Origin: Dehalococcoidia bacterium
GTDB lineage: Bacteria; Chloroflexota; Dehalococcoidia; Bin125
Assembly (NCBI GenBank): GCA_963663895.2
Contig: CAXXRD010000001.1
Span: 160,001 to 224,000 of the forward strand
Length of the DNA stretch: 64,000 nt
Direction: 5' to 3'
The notes under the pieces are model-generated. The model searched no databases. It was not told where the DNA came from and saw only the letters and a program-made list of their open reading frames with translations. This document shows positions 1 to 11,012 of this stretch, one piece after another. Each line of letters opens with the position of its first letter. Positions within the stretch are counted from its first letter, which is position 1. The translations under genes were made by a program, and so were the position numbers.

Positions 1-2
1 GA

Positions 3-896
3 ATCGGCGTCGAGCAGAACGGCGCGCGCCGCTGGATGCAGATTGGCCCCCTGCCACCCGTACAGCCGTCCGAATTCGCAAAGCTCGCCGTAGCGATCTA
101 CGTAGCAGCCTGGCTAGCTTCCCGCGGGCCCGCGATCCGGCACGTCACCCTCGGCGTCGTTCCCTTTGCCGTCATGGTCGGCTTCTTTGGATTCCTCATC
201 ATGGCGGAGCCAGACTTAGGCACCGCGTTGGTCATCGTGACAGTCGCCGGAGCGATGTTTTTCATCGCCGGCGCGGCCTTGCGCCATCTCCTGGCCTTGA
301 CTGCCGTCGGCGGCAGTGTCCTGTTCGGGATCATCGCGATCGCCGGCTACGGCCTCGAGCGGTTCACGTCATTCGTGGCCGCCGAATCCGATCCACAAGC
401 GTCGGGCTTTCAGACGCTGCAGCTTTTAATCGCACTGGGCAGCGGCGGGCCAACCGGCGTCGGTATCGGCGAAAGCCGGCAAAAGTTCCTCTACGTCCCG
501 TCCGCGCACACGGATGGCGTCTTCGCCATCATCGGGGAAGAAGCCGGATTCGCCGGCGCGCTGTTGGTCATGGTTTTGGTCGGCTTCCTGGTCTATCGCG
601 GCGCGCGCATCGCGGCGCGCACTAGTGATCCGTTTGGGATGCTTCTTGCGACGGGCATTGTGGCTTGGATCGCCGTGCAAGCCTTCTTCAACATCGGTGG
701 CGTCACGCGCACCATTCCCCTCACAGGAATCCCTTTGCCTTTCATCTCTTTCGGCAGCTCGGCGCTGATCGCGACGCTGGCGGCGGCGGGCGTATTGGTC
801 AGCATTTCGCGCTTTGCCCGGCAGGATGAAGGCCCCGCCTGGCTGCAGCGCCGCCAAGCGAACCAGAAGCGCACAAGCCTGGAGCGCTCGCTATGA
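3..896 (+). CDS. ftsW: Cell division protein FtsW (SEDS family), 5'-truncated by window edge
   Basis: Frame is open from position 3 (NGARRW); motifs QPSEFAK, EPDLGT, AHTDGVFAIIGEE, IPLTGIPLPFISFGSS; directly upstream of murG. Confidence 0.93.
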   Translation: MGVEQNGARRWMQIGPLPPVQPSEFAKLAVAIYVAAWLASRGPAIRHVTLGVVPFAVMVGFFGFLIMAEPDLGTALVIVTVAGAMFFIAGAALRHLLALTAVGGSVLFGIIAIAGYGLERFTSFVAAESDPQASGFQTLQLLIALGSGGPTGVGIGESRQKFLYVPSAHTDGVFAIIGEEAGFAGALLVMVLVGFLVYRGARIAARTSDPFGMLLATGIVAWIAVQAFFNIGGVTRTIPLTGIPLPFISFGSSALIATLAAAGVLVSISRFARQDEGPAWLQRRQANQKRTSLERSL

Positions 897-1984
897 GGCT
901 GCTGATCGGCGGAGGCGGCAGCGGCGGCCATATCTTCCCGGGGCTCGCGGTGGCGGGAGCACTGCGGAATTTGCTGCGCGAGGAACTTGAGCTCATGTAC
1001 ATGGGACGCGCAGCGGGTGTCGAAGCCGCAATCGCCGCCGATGCCAGGGTCCCGTTCGCTCCCGTATCCGCACGGGCGCTCCGCGGCCGACACGTATTCA
1101 GTCAGACCTGGTCGGTGCTGGTGCTCGCGTATGGCGTCGTGCAGGCACTCCTTGTCCTGCGCCGTTTCCGTCCCGATGTCGTCTTCGTTACGGGTGGTTA
1201 CGTCAGCATCCCGGTGGGGATCGCCGCCTGGATCTTGCAATGCCCGCTCGTCGTCTTCCTCCCAGATATCGAGCCGGGTTGGGCCGTGCGCGTTCTGGCG
1301 CGTCTCGCCACCACCGTCTGCGTCACCCACTCCGCCTCCATCGACGCTTTGCCCGTCCGCAAGACGGTCGCCACGGGCTATCCTCTTCGCGCCGTCTTCC
1401 GGGAGCTAGATCGCCCCATGGCCCGTGCGCATTTCCAGCTGAACGGCTCGCCCACCCTATTGGTGACAGCTGCCGTTCAGGGATCGCGCACCATCAATGA
1501 CGCCATCAGCGCGCATCTCGACAAGGTTTTGGAAGCCGCCCACGTGATTCACGTCACCGGCCCGCGTGACGAGGCACGCTTGCGCGCGCGCCGCGACACA
1601 CTCCCGGCGACTCTGCGCACGCGCTACCACGTCTTTGGCTACCTCGGTGATGATCTTCCCGTAGCCATGGTCGCGGCCGACCTCGCCATCGCTCGGTCCG
1701 GCGCGTCGGTTTTGGGGGAATTCCCCGCAGCCGGGTTACCGGCAGTGTTGGTGCCGCTCCCGGAAGCCGGCGCGCACCAGCGTCGCAACGCCGCGATCCT
1801 GGAGGATGCGGGCGCGGCGATCGTTCTGGACGACGCGAATGTCGCAACGGAACTCCTCCCCACCACCCTCTCCATCCTGCAAGACGAAGACCGCCTTACC
1901 GCCATGCGACAAGCGGCACACGATCGCGCACGATCCGACGCAGCGGAACGGATCGCAGAATTGCTCTGGGAGGCCCGACGGTGA
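893..1984 (+). CDS. murG: MurG lipid II N-acetylglucosaminyltransferase
   Basis: GGGSGGHIFP, TGGYVS, RSGAS..E, HQRRNA motifs; dcw context. Confidence 0.95.
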   Translation: MRLLIGGGGSGGHIFPGLAVAGALRNLLREELELMYMGRAAGVEAAIAADARVPFAPVSARALRGRHVFSQTWSVLVLAYGVVQALLVLRRFRPDVVFVTGGYVSIPVGIAAWILQCPLVVFLPDIEPGWAVRVLARLATTVCVTHSASIDALPVRKTVATGYPLRAVFRELDRPMARAHFQLNGSPTLLVTAAVQGSRTINDAISAHLDKVLEAAHVIHVTGPRDEARLRARRDTLPATLRTRYHVFGYLGDDLPVAMVAADLAIARSGASVLGEFPAAGLPAVLVPLPEAGAHQRRNAAILEDAGAAIVLDDANVATELLPTTLSILQDEDRLTAMRQAAHDRARSDAAERIAELLWEARR

Positions 1985-3357
1985 GCGCCCCGACCGCACA
2001 CTTCATCGGCATCGGCGGCATACATATGAGCGGGCTAGCGCGCATTCTCTTGGATGAAGGTTGGACCGTCAGTGGTTCCGATCTGGCCGCCAACCACCTC
2101 ACCGACGAGCTTGCCGCCCGCGGCGCCACGGTCACCATTGGGCACGCGGCGGCCAACGTCTGCGGCGCCGACCTCGTAATCCGCACAGCCGCCGTAAAGG
2201 ATGAAAACGCTGAGGTTGCCGCAGCGCGCGCGGCCGGAGTCGAGTTGCTGACGCGGGCGCAGATGGTAAGCCGTGTCGCGCAGGACTGCTCGACCCTGAC
2301 GGTCGCGGGCACCCATGGCAAGACCACCACCGCGACGATGCTGACCCTCATCCTGCGCGAAGCCGGCCTGGACCCAACCTACATACTCGGCGGCGAGTAC
2401 GCCGGGCTCGCCAGCCAAGCTGCGCGCGGCCGTGGGTCCCAGGCCATCGTCGAGGCCGATGAGTACGCCCACGCCTTCCACGAGTACACACCCACGATCG
2501 CGGTCTTGACCAATGTCGAGCGGGATCACTTGGACTATTACCGAGACGAAGCGGCGCTCCAAGAGGCGTTCGTCGGATACGGGCGTACGATTGCGCAGCA
2601 GGGCACGCTCATCGTTGGAGCAGACAGCCCCACAGCCGTAACCGTTGCCCAGCAGCTCGCAGCAGAGCGGCCTGACATCACCATCGAGACCTTCGGCACG
2701 AACGCCGATTCGACGTGGCGTGCGGCCGACGTGCACGAAAGCGCCAGCGCTTCACGCTTTGTCGTGCACCGCGAAAACGCTGAGCTCGGGACGATCGCAC
2801 TGGCGGTCCCCGGTCTCTTCAACGTGCGGAACGCCCTCGCCGCCACGGCCGCGAGCCTCTACGGCGGCGCACCCTTCGCAGCCTCGCATCAAGCTCTCGC
2901 AGCCTTCGGCGGCGTCCGTCGCCGCTTCGAACAGATCGGAGAAGCGGCCGGGGTCACACTGATAGACGACTACGCGCACCATCCGTCGGAGATCGCGGCA
3001 ACCGTAAGAGCCGCGCGGCGGCGCTTCCCCAACCGACGGCTCGTGGTCCTGTTCCAGCCCCACACCTACAGCCGCTCCGCTTACCTGCAAGCAAGCTTTG
3101 CGCGTTGCTTCAAGGGAGTCGACCTCCTCTTCTTCACGGACACCTACGCTGCCCGCGAGGAGCCGAGCGCTGGCCTAGATGCGGAAGCGCTAGCCCAATC
3201 GATCGCCGCTCCTGTGGCGCGCTACACGGGCGACCTCAAGGCAGCTGCGACGGCTGTCTGCACCGAGCTGCGGCCCAGTGACGTCTGTTTCACGATGGGC
3301 GCCGGGGACGTCGACACGGCCGGCCCACACATCCTGGAACGGTTGCATCAACGATGA
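1981..3357 (+). CDS. murC: UDP-N-acetylmuramate--L-alanine ligase
   Basis: HFIGIGGIHMSGLA, AGTHGKTTT, EADEY, DDYAHHPSEI, FQPHTYSR, MGAGD. Confidence 0.96.
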   Translation: MSAPTAHFIGIGGIHMSGLARILLDEGWTVSGSDLAANHLTDELAARGATVTIGHAAANVCGADLVIRTAAVKDENAEVAAARAAGVELLTRAQMVSRVAQDCSTLTVAGTHGKTTTATMLTLILREAGLDPTYILGGEYAGLASQAARGRGSQAIVEADEYAHAFHEYTPTIAVLTNVERDHLDYYRDEAALQEAFVGYGRTIAQQGTLIVGADSPTAVTVAQQLAAERPDITIETFGTNADSTWRAADVHESASASRFVVHRENAELGTIALAVPGLFNVRNALAATAASLYGGAPFAASHQALAAFGGVRRRFEQIGEAAGVTLIDDYAHHPSEIAATVRAARRRFPNRRLVVLFQPHTYSRSAYLQASFARCFKGVDLLFFTDTYAAREEPSAGLDAEALAQSIAAPVARYTGDLKAAATAVCTELRPSDVCFTMGAGDVDTAGPHILERLHQR

Positions 3358-4271
3358 CGCTGCGCCAGCAACTTGAAGCGATCGCGGAGGTCCACGCCGA
3401 TGAGCCGATGGCGCGGCACACGACGTTCGGCATCGGTGGACCCACGGACTTTTACGCCATCGCTACGACTGGCGCGCAGCTACGGGAACTCACACGCACC
3501 GCCCGCGCCGCCGCCGTGCCGGTCTTCGTGCTGGGCTCCGGCTCCAACCTCGTCGTGGGCGACGGCGGGATCCGGGGCGTCGTTATCGAGAATCGCGCGA
3601 CCGCCGTCGCCGAGCCACGGAGCGTCGGCTCTGGGATCCGGCTCGATGCCGAATCGGGTGCCTCGCTTGCCAAGCTCGCACGCAGTACGGCCGACCAGTC
3701 GCTCACCGGCCTGGAGTGGGCTGCCGGCATCCCCGGCAGTCTCGGCGGTGCAGTTGTATACAACGCCGGCGCCTACGGCGGGTGCCTGGCGGACGTGCTG
3801 ACCCGCATTGACGTGCTCGAGCCCGACGGCCGCAAGACGACGGTCTTCGCCGAAGAGCTCGGCTTGGCGTATCGATCGAGCGCATTCACGCGGGGACTGC
3901 TGGTCGAGCGCGTCATTCTCGGTCTTGAGTTCCGTCTGGAAGAGGGCAAGCGCGATGCGGCGCGCGCGCGCATTGAGCAACTCGAAGCGAAGCGAAAGAG
4001 CACGCAACCCCGCGGTCGCAACGCCGGCTCGATCTTCAAGAATCCCTCACCGCATCCCGCATGGTGGCTCATCGACAAAGTGGGGCTGCGTGGCCATCGG
4101 ATCGGGGACGCCGTCATCAGCGAGAAACACACCAACTGGATTATTAACCAGGGATCCGCCCGGGCCGCCGAAGTGCACGCCCTGATGCGCCTGGCTGGCG
4201 AGCGCGTGCGTGATACGTTCGGGATCGAGCTACACGCCGAGGTAGCACTGGTCGGGGAGGGCTTCGCATGA
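3354..4271 (+). CDS. murB: UDP-N-acetylenolpyruvoylglucosamine reductase
   Basis: HTTFGIGGP, GSGSNL, GIPGSLGGAVVYNAGAYG, NAGSIFKNP. Confidence 0.96.
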   Translation: MTLRQQLEAIAEVHADEPMARHTTFGIGGPTDFYAIATTGAQLRELTRTARAAAVPVFVLGSGSNLVVGDGGIRGVVIENRATAVAEPRSVGSGIRLDAESGASLAKLARSTADQSLTGLEWAAGIPGSLGGAVVYNAGAYGGCLADVLTRIDVLEPDGRKTTVFAEELGLAYRSSAFTRGLLVERVILGLEFRLEEGKRDAARARIEQLEAKRKSTQPRGRNAGSIFKNPSPHPAWWLIDKVGLRGHRIGDAVISEKHTNWIINQGSARAAEVHALMRLAGERVRDTFGIELHAEVALVGEGFA

Positions 4272-5357
4272 GCGCTGCGGAAGCCGTGACTCCCACGGTA
4301 GGCGTGATCTTCGGAGGCGCCTCCTCAGAGCATGCGATCTCAGTGCGGTCCGCGCGCGCCGTGCTCGCAGCCTTAGACGAGACGCGCTTTGAGCCACTCT
4401 GCTTCGGCGTCACGCGGCAGGGCACCTGGCTCCAGCCCATCGAGACTGAGAAGCAGATCGCCGCCATGGACGCCGGAGCGGGGGAAGAGGTCCGTGGAAC
4501 GGCTGGCTCCGGCCTGCCTACTCGACTACAGGTATTGAAAGCGCTCGCCGCGTGCGACATCGTCTTCCCGCTGATCCACGGGCGTCACGGCGAGGACGGC
4601 ACCATTCAGGGCCTGCTGGAACTCGCGGGCCTCCCCTACGTAGGCGCAGGCGTCGCCGCTTCTGCGATCGCGATGGACAAGGCGATCATGAAGCGCCTCT
4701 TCCATGAGGCCAGCCTTCCCACACTCCCCTACCAGGTCTTAACTTGGCACAACTGGCGTGCCAGTCCCGCCATCGCCGCGCGCGCTGCCGCACAGCTCTC
4801 CTATCCAGTGTTCGTGAAGCCAGCCCAAGGTGGAAGCAGCATCGCCACGACCAAAGTGCACCACCCTGACGATCTCGACCGCGCCGTGGCAAACGCCTTC
4901 CGCATCGACCGGCGTGTCCTGATTGAACACGCGATCGATGCGCGGGAGATCGAATGCGCCGTACTCGGCAACGCCGACGCCACGGCGTCGCCGCTGGGCG
5001 AAATCCGCTACCAGCGCGAGTTCTATGACTATGTCGCCAAATACGAAGACCAGCAGACCGAGCTTGTGGTCCCGGCCCACCTCCCAATTGCCCTCAGCGA
5101 TACGATCCGAGCAATGGCACTGGACGCCTACCGCGCCATCGACTGCGCTGGCATGGGACGGGTGGACTTCCTCATCGAAAAGAACGACACGATCTGGCTG
5201 AGTGAAATTAACACCATCCCCGGCTTCACAAGCGGGAGCATGTTCCCCCCGCCTCTGGGAAGAGGCAGGGGTTCCTTTTCCAGAGCTCGTATCCCGATTG
5301 GTGGAGTTGGCGTTGGAACAGCACGAAGAGCGGAGCCGCCGTGCCACGTACGAATAA
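4268..5357 (+). CDS. ddl: D-alanine--D-alanine ligase (one apparent extra C at 5245-5250; probable sequencing error)
   Basis: FGGASSEHAIS, HGRHGEDGTIQGLLE, EINTIPGFT; removing one C restores [27 protein letters not shown] ending at TAA 5355-5357. Confidence 0.93.
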
Positions 5358-6193
5358 GAAGTCCGGCAGCGGTGATCGCCGTCTCCCCACCGCACGGGAC
5401 TACGTCGACATGCCGGTGCCGATCCCCGATCCTCCGCCGGTCAGCGCTCCTTGGCGCCCTCGCTGGCGTACCGTCATCATCGCATTGCTCGCTGTGAGCC
5501 TCATCGTCGGGGCGGGAGCCGTTCTCAATTCTCCGCTCATGAAAATCCGCTCCGTCACCGTGGAAGGGACACAGCAGCTTTCTCCAGAAGCGGTCATTCA
5601 GATCGCAGGCGTCCGGGGCGACCACTTCCTCCTTGCCGATCTCCGCCGCGCCGAAGCCGAGCTCCGCAAGCTCCCTCTCGTGAAAGAGGCATCACTCAGC
5701 CGGACCTGGCCCAACCAGATCCGGATCGCGATCAGGGAGCGCACGCCCTGGGCGGCGTGGCAAATGGGTGACGCCGTCTATGCCATCGACGCAAGAAGGC
5801 GTCGTCCTTGAAGGATTCGATCCTCCCTCAAGCGGCGCGGTAGTCCGTCAAATCTCGTCGTTGCCTGAAGTAAAGAATGGAGCGACGGTAGATCTCGATG
5901 CGATCGCCATTATCCGGCTCATTGAAGCGAACGGACCGCCGGAGCGGGGTCCCGCGATCATTGGATACGAATGGTCGCTCCGAGATGGGCTAACGGTAGT
6001 CACCGAGCACGGTCGCATCACGTTCGGCGGTAGCGATGGCTTTGACTTCAAGTTCCAGGTGTGGGAGCAACTCGAGGCCGAAGCGTGGCAGCGCGGAGAG
6101 CCCTTGATCCTCGCCGATCTGCGCTTCGGCGCGCGGCCCGCCGTGGAGATCGGCTTGGGGTTGGAACGCACGCCACAAAGTGGAGAATCGTAA
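5341..6193 (+). CDS. ftsQ: Cell division protein FtsQ/DivIB (apparent extra A near 5793)
   Basis: N-terminal TM plus POTRA domain (LPLVKEASLSRTWPNQIRIAIRERTP); continues in shifted frame AIDA-EGVVLE to a DLRF motif; between ddl and ftsA. Confidence 0.85.
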
Positions 6194-6199
6194 GCACTG

Positions 6200-7451
6200 A
6201 TGGCTACTCCTAGCGCCTTCGCAGTGATCGACATCGGCAGCACGAAGACCGTGACGGTCGTCGGCGACACCAGTGACACCGGCCTGCTGCGTGTGCTTGG
6301 GGTGGGAACGATACGCTCGGAGGGCATCGAGAAGGGCCAAGTCAGCCATATCGCGAAGGCGGTTGAGGCGATTCAAGCGTCGGTGGAACAAGCCGAGCGC
6401 ATGAGCGGCACCCGGATCGTCTCCGCCTCGGTCGGGATCGCCGGCACGCACTTGGCCAGCCTCCAACAACCGCGGCATCGTCGCGATCCCGGACCCCAGT
6501 CAGCCGATCACCGCCGACGACGTGCAGCGCGTCATCGACGCCGCACGAATGGTAAGCCTCAAAAGCAACCGCCAGATGCTGCATGCCCTGCCCCGCTACT
6601 TCGTTGTGGACGGGCAGGATCGCGTCGCGGATCCAGTCGGGATGCATGGCCAACGTCTCGACGTCGAGATGCACATCGTGACCTGCGGCGTGAATCCGCT
6701 GCAAAACGCGATCAAGTGCGTCGAAGAGGCGGGCCTCCAAGTTGATTCAGTCATCGCCAATCCCGTGGCGATCGCCGACGTGCTGATCCGTCCCGAGGAG
6801 ATCAGCGAGGGCGTGGTCGTCGTCGACATCGGAGGAGGCACCACGGACGTCGCCGTTTTCCTTGATGGAGCACTCATCCACACCAGCAGCCTCCCGGTCG
6901 GCGGCACGAACATCACCCGCGATGTGGTCGTCGGGCTGCGCTGTCCGCAAGATGTCGCCGAGGAGGTCAAGCTCGCGCACGCGCACGCGCTACCGACGGA
7001 AGGGGCCGCGGAGGCGACCATCGCGCTCGACGCCTTCGGGTACGAGAAAGAGCGCAGTGTCTCTCACCGTCTGCTGGGAGAGATCGTGCAGGCGCGCGTC
7101 GAAGAGATCCTCTCGATGGTCATGGTGGAAGTGAAGCGCGCGGGACAAGCGGACTTGATCTCGGCGGGGCTGGTGATCACCGGTGGTACCGCCGAACTGG
7201 AAGGCATTACCGAGCTAGCCGAGCGCCTGTCGGGCCTGCCCGTTCGCGTCGGCCGAATAGAGGAGGTGTACGGACTCACGGATGACGTATCGGCGCCGGC
7301 CTATGCGGCCGCGCTGGGGCTCTTGCGCTGGGCATCGAAGGATCAGGCGATGGTCACCGGTCCAGTGAGCCTCCGCATGCCGCCCACAGCCGGCCTCGGC
7401 GATCTGATAAGGCGCATCGGGCGCTTGGGGAGGATCTTCCTCCCGCAATAA
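6200..7451 (+). CDS. ftsA: Cell division protein FtsA (apparent extra C near 6463)
   Basis: IDIGSTKT N-terminus in ORF 6200..; [20 protein letters not shown] in ORF 6522..7451; joined by a single indel. Confidence 0.93.
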
Positions 7452-7540
7452 CTCGGGAAGACATCCGCTGGGAAGGAGCGGATTTTGCTTCGTGCTTGAG
7501 CTCTCGACAAACTGGTGGCGGGGGTGAGAAAGGACGAAGG

Positions 7541-8659
7541 ATGCATCCGAACAACGAATTGACCGGCCTGCCGCCAATCAAAGTGGTCGGGGTGGGCGGG
7601 GGTGGCTGCAACGCAGTCAATCGCATGATTGACCAGAAGATCAACGGCGTCCATTTCCTCGCAGTCAACACCGACGCCCAGCAACTCGCCGATAGCGATG
7701 CCGGCGAGCGCATGCGCATCGGCGATAAATTGACCCGTGGTCTTGGGGTCGGCGGCGATGCCGAGATCGGAAAGATGGCAGCCGAGGAAAGCCGCGCTGA
7801 GCTGATAGAGACACTCAAGGGTATGGACATGGTGCTCATCACCGCCGGCATGGGCGGTGGGACCGGCACCGGTGCCGCACCCGTCGTTGCCGAAGTGTCA
7901 CACGAGATCGGGCGCTTACCATCGCGATCGTGACCAAACCCTTCGCCTTCGAAGGGCGAAGCGCCGCCAGGTTGCCGCCGCCGGCCTCGAACGCCTCGCG
8001 GAGCATGCCGACACGGTGATCGCTGTTCCCACGACCGCCTGCTCGCGCTCGCCGGCCCAACACGACGGTGAGCGAATCCTTCCGCATGGCGGACGATGTC
8101 CTCCGGCACGGGATCGCCGGCATCTCCGACGTCATCACCGTGCCGGGCGAGATCAACCTCGACTTCAATGATGTGAAGAAGGTGATGGGCGCCGGAGGGC
8201 GGGCGCTGATGGCGACCGGATGCGGCAGCGGCGAAACCGCGCCGTCGACGCCGCCCAAATGGCCATCACGAGTCCGCTCCTCGAGATCGACGTCACTGGA
8301 GCCCGAAAGGTCCTCTACAACGTCATCTCCGCCGGCGACCTCGGCCTCAACGAACTCAACATGGCCGCCAAGGTGATCCAGGAGATGGTCGACCCAGAAG
8401 CGGAGATCATTTTCGGTACTGCGATCGACCCCTCACTCGATGGCGATGTGCAAATCACCGTGATCGCCACCGGCTTCGACAAGCCACTGCCGCCCCCAGT
8501 CGCGGAGGACGGCGAGCGATGGTCGTCGGAAATGCTGAGCGAAATGGGGCTCGATGCAGAGGACGTGGAGCTCCCTGCGTTCCTGCGGCGCCAGCGTACC
8601 TACGCGGTTAGCTCCAGCCACGCCGCAGGCGAGGCCACGCCCCGTTCCAGAGCCTCTGA
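7541..8659 (+). CDS. ftsZ: Cell division protein FtsZ (about five apparent 1-bp deletions; true stop uncertain, about 8611 or 8659; as written the last frame runs to 8840)
   Basis: [56 protein letters not shown] and C-terminal [10 protein letters not shown] spread over several frames; indels near 7911, 7955, 8031, 8057, 8235. Confidence 0.92.
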
Positions 8660-8685
8660 CCCCTCTCTTCGGGCTATGCGCCCCA

Positions 8686-8721
8686 GCAGTGAGGCGACGC
8701 CGGCCGGCGTCGCCTCACTGC
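8686..8721. repeat. Perfect 36-bp palindrome between ftsZ and nrdR (possible terminator/stability hairpin)
   Basis: GCAGTGAGGCGACGCCGGCCGGCGTCGCCTCACTGC equals its own reverse complement. Confidence 0.8.
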
Positions 8722-8844
8722 GTGTGAGAGCCATTGGAAGTTCTCCGGTTCCCTCCAGGGCGCCCGAGGAGTACGGCACCTCAGCCCATGAGAGCCAACA
8801 GCGGCGCACCGCCAAGCGTTGCGGCACACCACTACCATGAGCAA

Positions 8845-9408
8845 ATGCAGTGCCCCTACTGCCAGTCGAGTGAGACACGTGTCATCGACTCGCGTCCCGC
8901 CAACGCCGAGATTCGCCGACGGCGTTCCTGCGAAGATTGCGCGCGCCGCTTCACCACCTACGAAAAGCTCGCCGAAGTTGAGCCGATGGTAGTAAAGCGT
9001 GATGGTCGGCGCGAGCCGTTTCAACGCAAAAAGTTGCGGCTGGGCCTCGGCCGCGCTTGTGTCAAACGCGCGGTGCCGCAGATCTCACTCGATGAGATCG
9101 TGGCGGCGATCGAACGGCGCGTGCGACAGAGCGAGATCGCGGAAGTTGAGAGCCGGCAGCTGGGCGACTGGGCCGTCGAGCACCTGATCTCCATCGATCC
9201 CGTTGCTGGGTTCCGCTTCGCCGCCGTCTTCCGCCGACCCACCGATCTCGATGAAATCCGACGTGAGCTCGCCGCAGCCGAGCAGGCCGCCCGCGCCCGC
9301 GCCGCCGTATCAGAAGAGTGGGACCAGCCACCGCTACCCGGTCTCGCAACGCCCGCCACCAGGCTTTCGGCCCAGGGGAGTCGCAAGCGTGACCAGGCTA
9401 CCCCGTAA
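8845..9408 (+). CDS. nrdR: Transcriptional repressor NrdR
   Basis: MQCPYC..TRVIDSR..IRRRRSCEDCARRFTTYE zinc ribbon plus ATP-cone VVKRDGRREPF. Confidence 0.96.
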   Translation: MQCPYCQSSETRVIDSRPANAEIRRRRSCEDCARRFTTYEKLAEVEPMVVKRDGRREPFQRKKLRLGLGRACVKRAVPQISLDEIVAAIERRVRQSEIAEVESRQLGDWAVEHLISIDPVAGFRFAAVFRRPTDLDEIRRELAAAEQAARARAAVSEEWDQPPLPGLATPATRLSAQGSRKRDQATP

Positions 9409-9444
9409 CTGCCCTCGCCCCAGGTCATTCACCGAGAACGGGTT

Positions 9445-9634
9445 CGTGGTAGGGGTCAGCACGACCTCCACCGCGATGTTCGGAGCGCTTCGTCAAGAAG
9501 CCAGAAGGGCTTGCTTCGGCCGCCGCTGAGAACCTGAACGTCGACGGGGATGCCCACGGCGGTGACCCGTCGCATTTGCCGTCCAGAGCCAGGGCTTCGT
9601 GGCACATCGCGAGCACCTGCTGAATCTGCCCGCG
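9445..9634 (+). ncRNA. Candidate structured ncRNA of unknown family
   Basis: Nested complementary segments TCAGCA/TGCTGA, CGCGATGT/ACATCGCG, CGGAGC/GCTTCG, inner CGACGGG/CCCGTCG; G-U pairs favour + strand. Confidence 0.45.
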
Positions 9635-9924
9635 CTGACGCTGACTGCTGCTCATCAAGAGCACACCGCATCTTTTCAACACAGCTTTCCAACACAACCG
9701 CTTGGGAACGGTGCGACGCGCAACCACGCATGGAGGCCGCGCAGACAACGCAAATGCAAACACGCGTGGAGCGTCGATCCACTGAGCGGGCGCGTGCCGG
9801 TCGGTCACGATCGTCCGCGACGTTCGTCGTGCATCACTTGTTTGGTTCAAAGAATCACGGTGTAATTAACGCATTCCAGAGGCAGTCGCGATCGGCGCGG
9901 CTGCCTCAGCAGGGAGGAAAGCCT

Positions 9925-10162
9925 ATGCCAGCTCGCCAAGAGCGCGGCCAAGAAGGCTGCCCCCAAGAGCGCGGCCAAGAAGACCGCCCGCAAGGCGCCC
10001 GCAAAGAAAGCAGCCAAGCGGCAGCCCACGACGAAGAAAGCAAGCAGCACTCCAGCTTCGTCGTCAATGCCGCCCCCCCGCCCACCAGCGCCGCTCGCTC
10101 CGCGACCGCCTGGTATGCCGCCAGCTTCCCCGCTGGGGTCGACATCGACCTCAGCGCCTTGA
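9925..10162 (+). CDS. Small Lys/Ala/Pro-rich histone-H1-like protein (78 aa after removing one extra C near 9936)
   Basis: GGAGG SD 9913-9917, ATG 9925; corrected MPARKSAAKKAAPKSAAKKTARKAPAKKAAKRQPTTKK...PPPRPPAP...SAP, TGA 10160-10162. Confidence 0.7.
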
Positions 10163-10278
10163 AGCACCTCCGAACGCGGCAACCCGGCCAGCGACATTCG
10201 CAGCCGCTCCACGGAGCGGGCTGCTCTCTACTTCTTACCACCGACCCGATCAAGCCCATGGCTTATCCTGCTGAAATT

Positions 10279-11012
10279 ATGACCGCGGTCACGCCGAGGG
10301 ACGATTCGATAAGCGAGGCAGCGCCCAGCCGCTCTATCGCGCAGGAGACCGCGACCACCTGGCGCCATGTCGGTCCGAACCTCCGGCAGATACGTGAGGC
10401 GATCGCGCGCGCGGCCGAACGGGCCGACCGGGACCCGGTTGGCGTGCGCCTCGTCGCCGTGAGTAAAGGGGCCCCCTCACGGCCGTGCATGCGGCGATCG
10501 CGGCCGGTCAGCGAATCTTCGGTGAGAACCGCGTCCAAGAAGCGCGAGCCAAGATCGATACTCTCCAAGATCCCAGAGTCGAATGGCACCTAATCGGCCA
10601 CCTGCAGCGCAACAAAGCCAAAGCCGCAACCGCCTTTGATATGATCGAAAGTGTGGATTCGGTTCGCGTCGCGGCCGCGTTAGATCATCAACTCGATAGC
10701 CCTCGGGCGGTCCTCTTAGAGATCAACGTCGCCGGTGAAACGAGTAAGACGGGCTTTGCCCCTCATGAATTGTCCGCCGCGCTAGAGGCGATCCGGGGCA
10801 TGCCTCAACTTTGTGTGGAAGGCCTAATGACGATCGCTCCCCTTACCCCAGAGCCCGAGGAGATCCGGCCCGTCTTCCGTAAGCTGCGCGCCCTCCGCGA
10901 TGCGCACGGCCTCACTGAACTCTCGATGGGGATGACGAACGATTACGCCGTCGCCATTGAGGAGGGCGCCACTCTCGTCCGCATCGGCCGCGCTATCTTC
11001 CATGAGCGCTAG
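10279..11012 (+). CDS. yggS: YggS/PLPBP pyridoxal-phosphate homeostasis protein (apparent missing C near 10475; start approximate)
   Basis: [57 protein letters not shown]; upstream of proC. Confidence 0.92.

Noticed and set aside
9550-10593. 347-aa ORF
   Set aside because: Chimera of non-coding DNA, the off-frame H1-like gene and the frameshifted YggS N-terminus.
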